Shown here piece by piece: positions 11,153 to 64,000 of a stretch of DNA of 64,000 nucleotides; the stretch's first letter is position 1, and every line of letters starts with the position of its first letter. Source of the stretch: Octopus sinensis (taxonomy: Eukaryota); NCBI RefSeq assembly GCF_006345805.1, contig NC_043002.1:32736001-32800000 (forward strand). The letters run 5' to 3'. The notes under the pieces are model-generated. The model searched no databases. It was not told where the DNA came from and saw only the letters and a program-made list of their open reading frames with translations. The position numbers and the translations under genes were made by a program.

Positions 11153-13289
11153 ATCTAACTATCTATCTCGTTTTCTACACACACGCTCGCACATATAAGG
11201 GAATCAAAACGTAAATTAAGGGTTAGGACGTTGTACACACGATCACAAGACCCCCCCCCCAGGCGAGTTTTGTGTGTAGTTATTGAGCAACAAAAAACCA
11301 ACACTCCATTTCACGCTGTCCTAGTCGACTCACCGGGAAATATATAACCATGTGGCGACTAGTGTTCCTTTCGTGGGAAAAGATGGCCTGACCGCCGAGC
11401 CAGCGGGCCATTACCATTCAAAGTTACAACAATGCGAGAAAAAATAAAATGAGCAGTGAATAACAACATCCGATACTCTGATATATATATACCGGGGTCT
11501 CCTAACGATAATGTAAACTTCATATTACCAAGGTATCCTTGTCCTGAACAGTGGCTTGCAGTCTAAACCTCGTTTGGCTAATTTAGTCTTTCCGTGGACC
11601 GGCTAGCTATGAAATTATGTAGCCTGGATTTTATATACTCCATCAATATTCTGGATATTTATTTGCATATGCAACCGTTAACTATAAATTAACTTTTTTC
11701 AGCTTATTGTACTTTCATTCGAGAAAAATTAACAACCTTCTGTGCCAATGGACCACTGTTGTTCCTGAAAGCAGTTTTGTAATATTTTCAACGATATATG
11801 TATGCATGTATGTATGCATGCATTTATGTATGTACGTACATATGTGCATTATGTGTGCACATATGTACATACATACATACATACATACATACATACATAC
11901 ATTCATACATACATACATACATGCATACATACATAATGTATGCAATTGATTTGGATTATTTGGTGGAAAAGACAATTCGAATCATACCTGTGCAGTTTCC
12001 ACTGATATGGTCGCATGATTCTCTGCAAGGACATGTCAAAGCGCAATCTTTCGCGTACTTCTTCACAGGACAAACTAAAATTGTTACAGAAACAAAGAAT
12101 TCATTATTTTTCATTTAAAAGAAAGAGAATATATTATGGTGTCAGAGGAGATGATGGGGTTAGTGAAGATACGGTGGTGGTGGTGGTGGTGGTGGTTGTA
12201 ATATCTATGTTAATGGTTGTTGTGGTATGTATGAATGGTGATTGTGATGGTGGCGGTGTTACTGGTTGTGATGAAATTAGTGATGATGTGAGGGTAATAA
12301 TGGCGATAGAAGTGTTGTTAGATATAGGGGTGGCGTTACAGATGGCGATGGTTGCGTTTGTGCTGATGTTTATAGTGTTGATTAATGTTAATAGTTTTTA
12401 TGGATGAACTTGTTGTGGTGATGGAGGGGTCATCGTCGTCGTCGTCATGGTTGTAGTGGGTCTTCTGATGGTGGGTGGGGATTATAGTAATCGTAGAAAT
12501 GACTAAGGTGGTCGTGGTGATTTCAGTGGTGGTTGTGAAGTTAACAGTGGCGGCAATGATTACTGTTATTGTTTTGATTTTCCTGTTTCTATTTCATCTA
12601 GCTGACCTATGGCGAAAGACATTGCACCCAGCCCAGTCAATCATTTTTATTTCACAGATTATGAATACTTGATTTACATTTTTATTGTCTTTTCTGAAGA
12701 TATCAGAGTCTTCTATGATGAAGACTCTGGTTATATTTCCAATAACAATATAGTACCTCCCTCGTTGGCCCGTTCCAACTATAGGTTCTTCAATCAACAT
12801 TTTTAATGATACAAGCACAAGTAACTTGATCGGTAAATAGGCTTTAAATTATAGGACAGGTAGTTATAACTCTCCTAGATTATTGCAAATTTATTTTACC
12901 ATTCTATACATATAGTACGCTGAACTGCCTACATTTTATTCCAGATTTAAAGTAAAGGCTATAACAGAACTTTGAAGACACCCAACAAAACAATTTTTAT
13001 TAAAAATAACTAGTTTTCGGAAAAGAGTCGGGACAGGACAAAGTGGAAGCCCGCCACACAATATTCATCATCATCATTGTTCGACCATGGTCGAGACAAT
13101 GGAATTTACCATGCTACGCCAGAATTCACGGTCCATCATAGCATTACGGAGGTCCTGTTGCTGGATGCCTGTATCCCTGGAGATTACACACGATATTGCT
13201 TTATGTTAAAATGTCTGAAAATGCTACAGAAACTTATGAAATGCTTCCGATTACTTGTCGATTAATGTGTGTCAACTAAGCATCTGTTT

Positions 13290-14205
13290 TTTGACGGTGC
13301 ATAAGGTTCATGATCTATAGAGAAGCGATAATAAACAATGTGGGACGTCAGAAGATCAGAGCTAGTTGAGAAAATATGCAATTTTCTGGGTGAAGACTGT
13401 CGTCTGTATAAAAGCAATAAGCGAACAGTTTGGAGTTGGTGCCGCAACTGTGCACAAAATTATTTTAAGAAATGAACATGCGCAAAATTTTGCAAAGTTT
13501 GTTTCTAGGTTATGTAGTTATGAATGGATAGAAGATGACGTTGGTGACAGCAGGAAGATGATCGACGTCATTCTCTCCAATCTAAGAGTACTTGAGTCTC
13601 TAGTGACCTGTTACGAAAGCTGGATCTACTGTTATGGTTTACAGGCCAAGGGACGGAGTACCCAATGGGGCCAACAAGATCAGACAAAGCTAATCTACCG
13701 GAATCTCTTGATGGTACTCTTTTCCGATAACAAGTGCCTCATCTACATCTACTGGGATTCCTCTGGGCAGATAGTCAACAAAAAGGAGGCTTTTAGGGAA
13801 TTGTAGAAGAGAATTCGTCGCAACAAGCCATAGCACTTGTACCTGTTTAATTTACTAGTATACAATTCCATTCTGATAACCAACTAATTGATAGCGATGG
13901 ACAGCAAAACGGTTCCCAACTCTCCCAACAGTCTAGACCTTGCTCCCTCACTTTTGATTCTTCCAAACTGAAGAACCTCAAAGGGCGGTCGTTTTGAAGG
14001 AATCGAGAAGATGAAGGAAATTGTGACTACGGTCTTGGATACCTTCAGTTGAATAACTTCCATGTGGCCTTTCATGAAGTGGCTGGCGTGCTACAACAAA
14101 TGCACTGAAGGGAGAGGATCCTTCTTTAAATTAGACTAGGGTTTTGTACTTTCAATTTAGTGTCTCTCCTGGAAAATTCTCAAAACCTCTGTAATGCATC
14201 TCGTA
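13290..14205 (+). mobile_element. Decayed mariner transposon
   Basis: LVTCYESWIYCY (cf. IVTGDEKW), LMVLFSDNKCLI, PDLAPS-like segment; ends ...ctcgta; left boundary approximate. Confidence 0.7.
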
Positions 14206-14348
14206 GATGAAAAAAAATTATAAATCTATCATTGTTTCTACTAGCTAACAACAATCCTAAAATATTGGTTGTAACAATAATATTTAGAGAACCAAAATAT
14301 AACACATTAGAATAAAACAAACAATCAACGAGTATATGTAAAACTTAC

Positions 14349-62084
<47,736 letters not shown>

Positions 62085-62746
62085 CTGTAACATTGAAAAG
62101 AAAAAGAAAAATTAATGTTAATAAAAACGATTAATATTTCAATTATAAATGTATTCGTTGTTAAAAGCTAGTTTATCGGTTTTCATATTAAAACTAAAAG
62201 TGGTGAGGATCTGTATCCATATTTATTTCGGATCCATTCAGGTAAGTGAGAGTGCGGTAAAGACTTTTATTCAGCCATGTTATTTTAACGATATATAAGA
62301 CGTGTGTATGTACATATGGGAGAGAGAGACAAAAAGAAGAGAGAGATAGAGGTGGAAAGAAACAGAGCATTATTTCTGATATGTACTCAATTATCTTTCA
62401 GTTGTAAAGGCTGCAATAATGTGCAGTCTTTTCTTAAAATTATTATGTAACATGTGAATGCGATAGCCACACATAATGTTAGTGGAAATTGTTAGAGTCC
62501 AGTTTGTTTTCAGGTTCAAACTTAATCTATTTAAAAATGAAACACATGTACTGACGAATGACTAATGGAAAATGTTTTGCCTACCTTTCATAACTCTTGT
62601 TTCTAGCAATGTAGGTGCTATATAAAACGTAGTGAACTACGTGAAGTCGTGGAAGTCAGTTTAATACTGTTCTAAAAACTCTAGAGTTAACATATGGACA
62701 TTATATACTTTACTTCCGATGATTTTTTCAGTTGCCTGTTTTGAAT

Positions 62747-62796
<50 letters not shown>

Positions 62797-62798
62797 AT

Positions 62799-63128
62799 AT
62801 TATATATAAGGGCTTAGTAAAATAAATTACTTTGCCACATACTGAACTCATTAGAAATAGCAGCTAAAGAAATTTCTTTAGCTATTTCTAATACTTAAAG
62901 AAGATCTCTCTCAGATAGTGTTTGCTCAAACCAACTCACAAATAACCTTTGCACTTGATTTTTTAATGTTTTTTCCCCCATACCTTTGTGAGTTGGTTTG
63001 AGCAAACACTATCTGAGAGAGATCTTCTTTAAGTATTAGAAATAGCTAAAGAAATTTCTTTAGCTGCTATTTCTAATGAGTTCAGTATGTGGCAAAGTAA
63101 TTTATTTTACTAAGCCCTTATATATAAT
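62799..63128. mobile_element. MITE-like foldback: 144-bp inverted arms with a 42-bp spacer
   Basis: 62799-62942 is the reverse complement of 62985-63128; sits at the edge of a (TA)n tract. Confidence 0.6.
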
Positions 63129-63495
63129 GTAATATTTTGAATTCGCCTAAAATGGTCCCTTTACATACTGAATACTTGGTGAAATTGATTAATAATTAAT
63201 TAATTTTACCCTCAATTGTTGAAATTATAATTCATTTCTCTCTGTTTAATGCTTCGGTTTTCACCGATAAAACATAGTGTTTGTCAATTTTAACCCACGC
63301 TGGTGGAAAGGGGAGAGCAGAAATTCTTCGCTTGCATATTTTGAATTTGATAGCACTTTTAGTTCGAGCGGAATTCTAGAGGTGATAAGAAGCCAAAAGG
63401 GTATGCTCCCACTTTCAGTGTTCCCAAATCCGAATCAAGGAGTTCTGAGCTGACGAAAGAAATGTCGATTTGACTAATCTAGAAACGTACGTTCT

Positions 63496-63877
<382 letters not shown>

Positions 63878-64000
63878 TGTATGTATGTATGTATGGTGCG
63901 ATCGGTAAATTGTCGCCCTTTTATATTTTTAATTTCGTGCCTATGCATAGTTTGTTTTGATTTTGTCGACTACACAATTTAGTCGGGTCAGCTGGGCACC

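Noticed and set aside
12130-12570. Thr-rich-looking low-complexity stretch on the minus strand (possible extra mucin exon)
   Set aside because: The Thr-rich reading changes frame several times and meets stops; it looks like ACC/ATC-type low-complexity intron sequence.

Overview
AT-rich, microsatellite- and transposon-rich animal genomic DNA, most likely octopod (inferred from the tRNA-derived SINE families and simple-repeat spectrum). The window is dominated by a minus-strand, multi-exon MUC4-like extracellular protein locus. By reading AG/GT boundaries and exon phases I reconstructed 22 exons (62084->14349) encoding NIDO, AMOP, VWD (with GDPH), a cadherin/Ig-like spacer and an EGF array built from a duplicated five-exon cassette. 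Four further exons follow (8120->47): a 1866-nt exon with about 21 units of a 26-aa Ser/Thr repeat, a Thr-rich linker and a second, paralogous NIDO start. All junctions are phase-compatible and I found no transmembrane or terminal exon between the two modules. The locus is therefore either one giant repeated-module mucin or two tandem paralogs with unrecognised ends. One EGF exon carries a 1-nt frameshift (real allele or assembly error). Introns hold two decayed Chapaev-type DNA transposons, mariner, Penelope, CR1/L2, RTE and R4/Dong-like fragments, many SINEs (three with intact TSDs), a candidate minimal hammerhead ribozyme and long near-perfect inverted repeats. No databases or tools were run; family assignments come from motif recognition.
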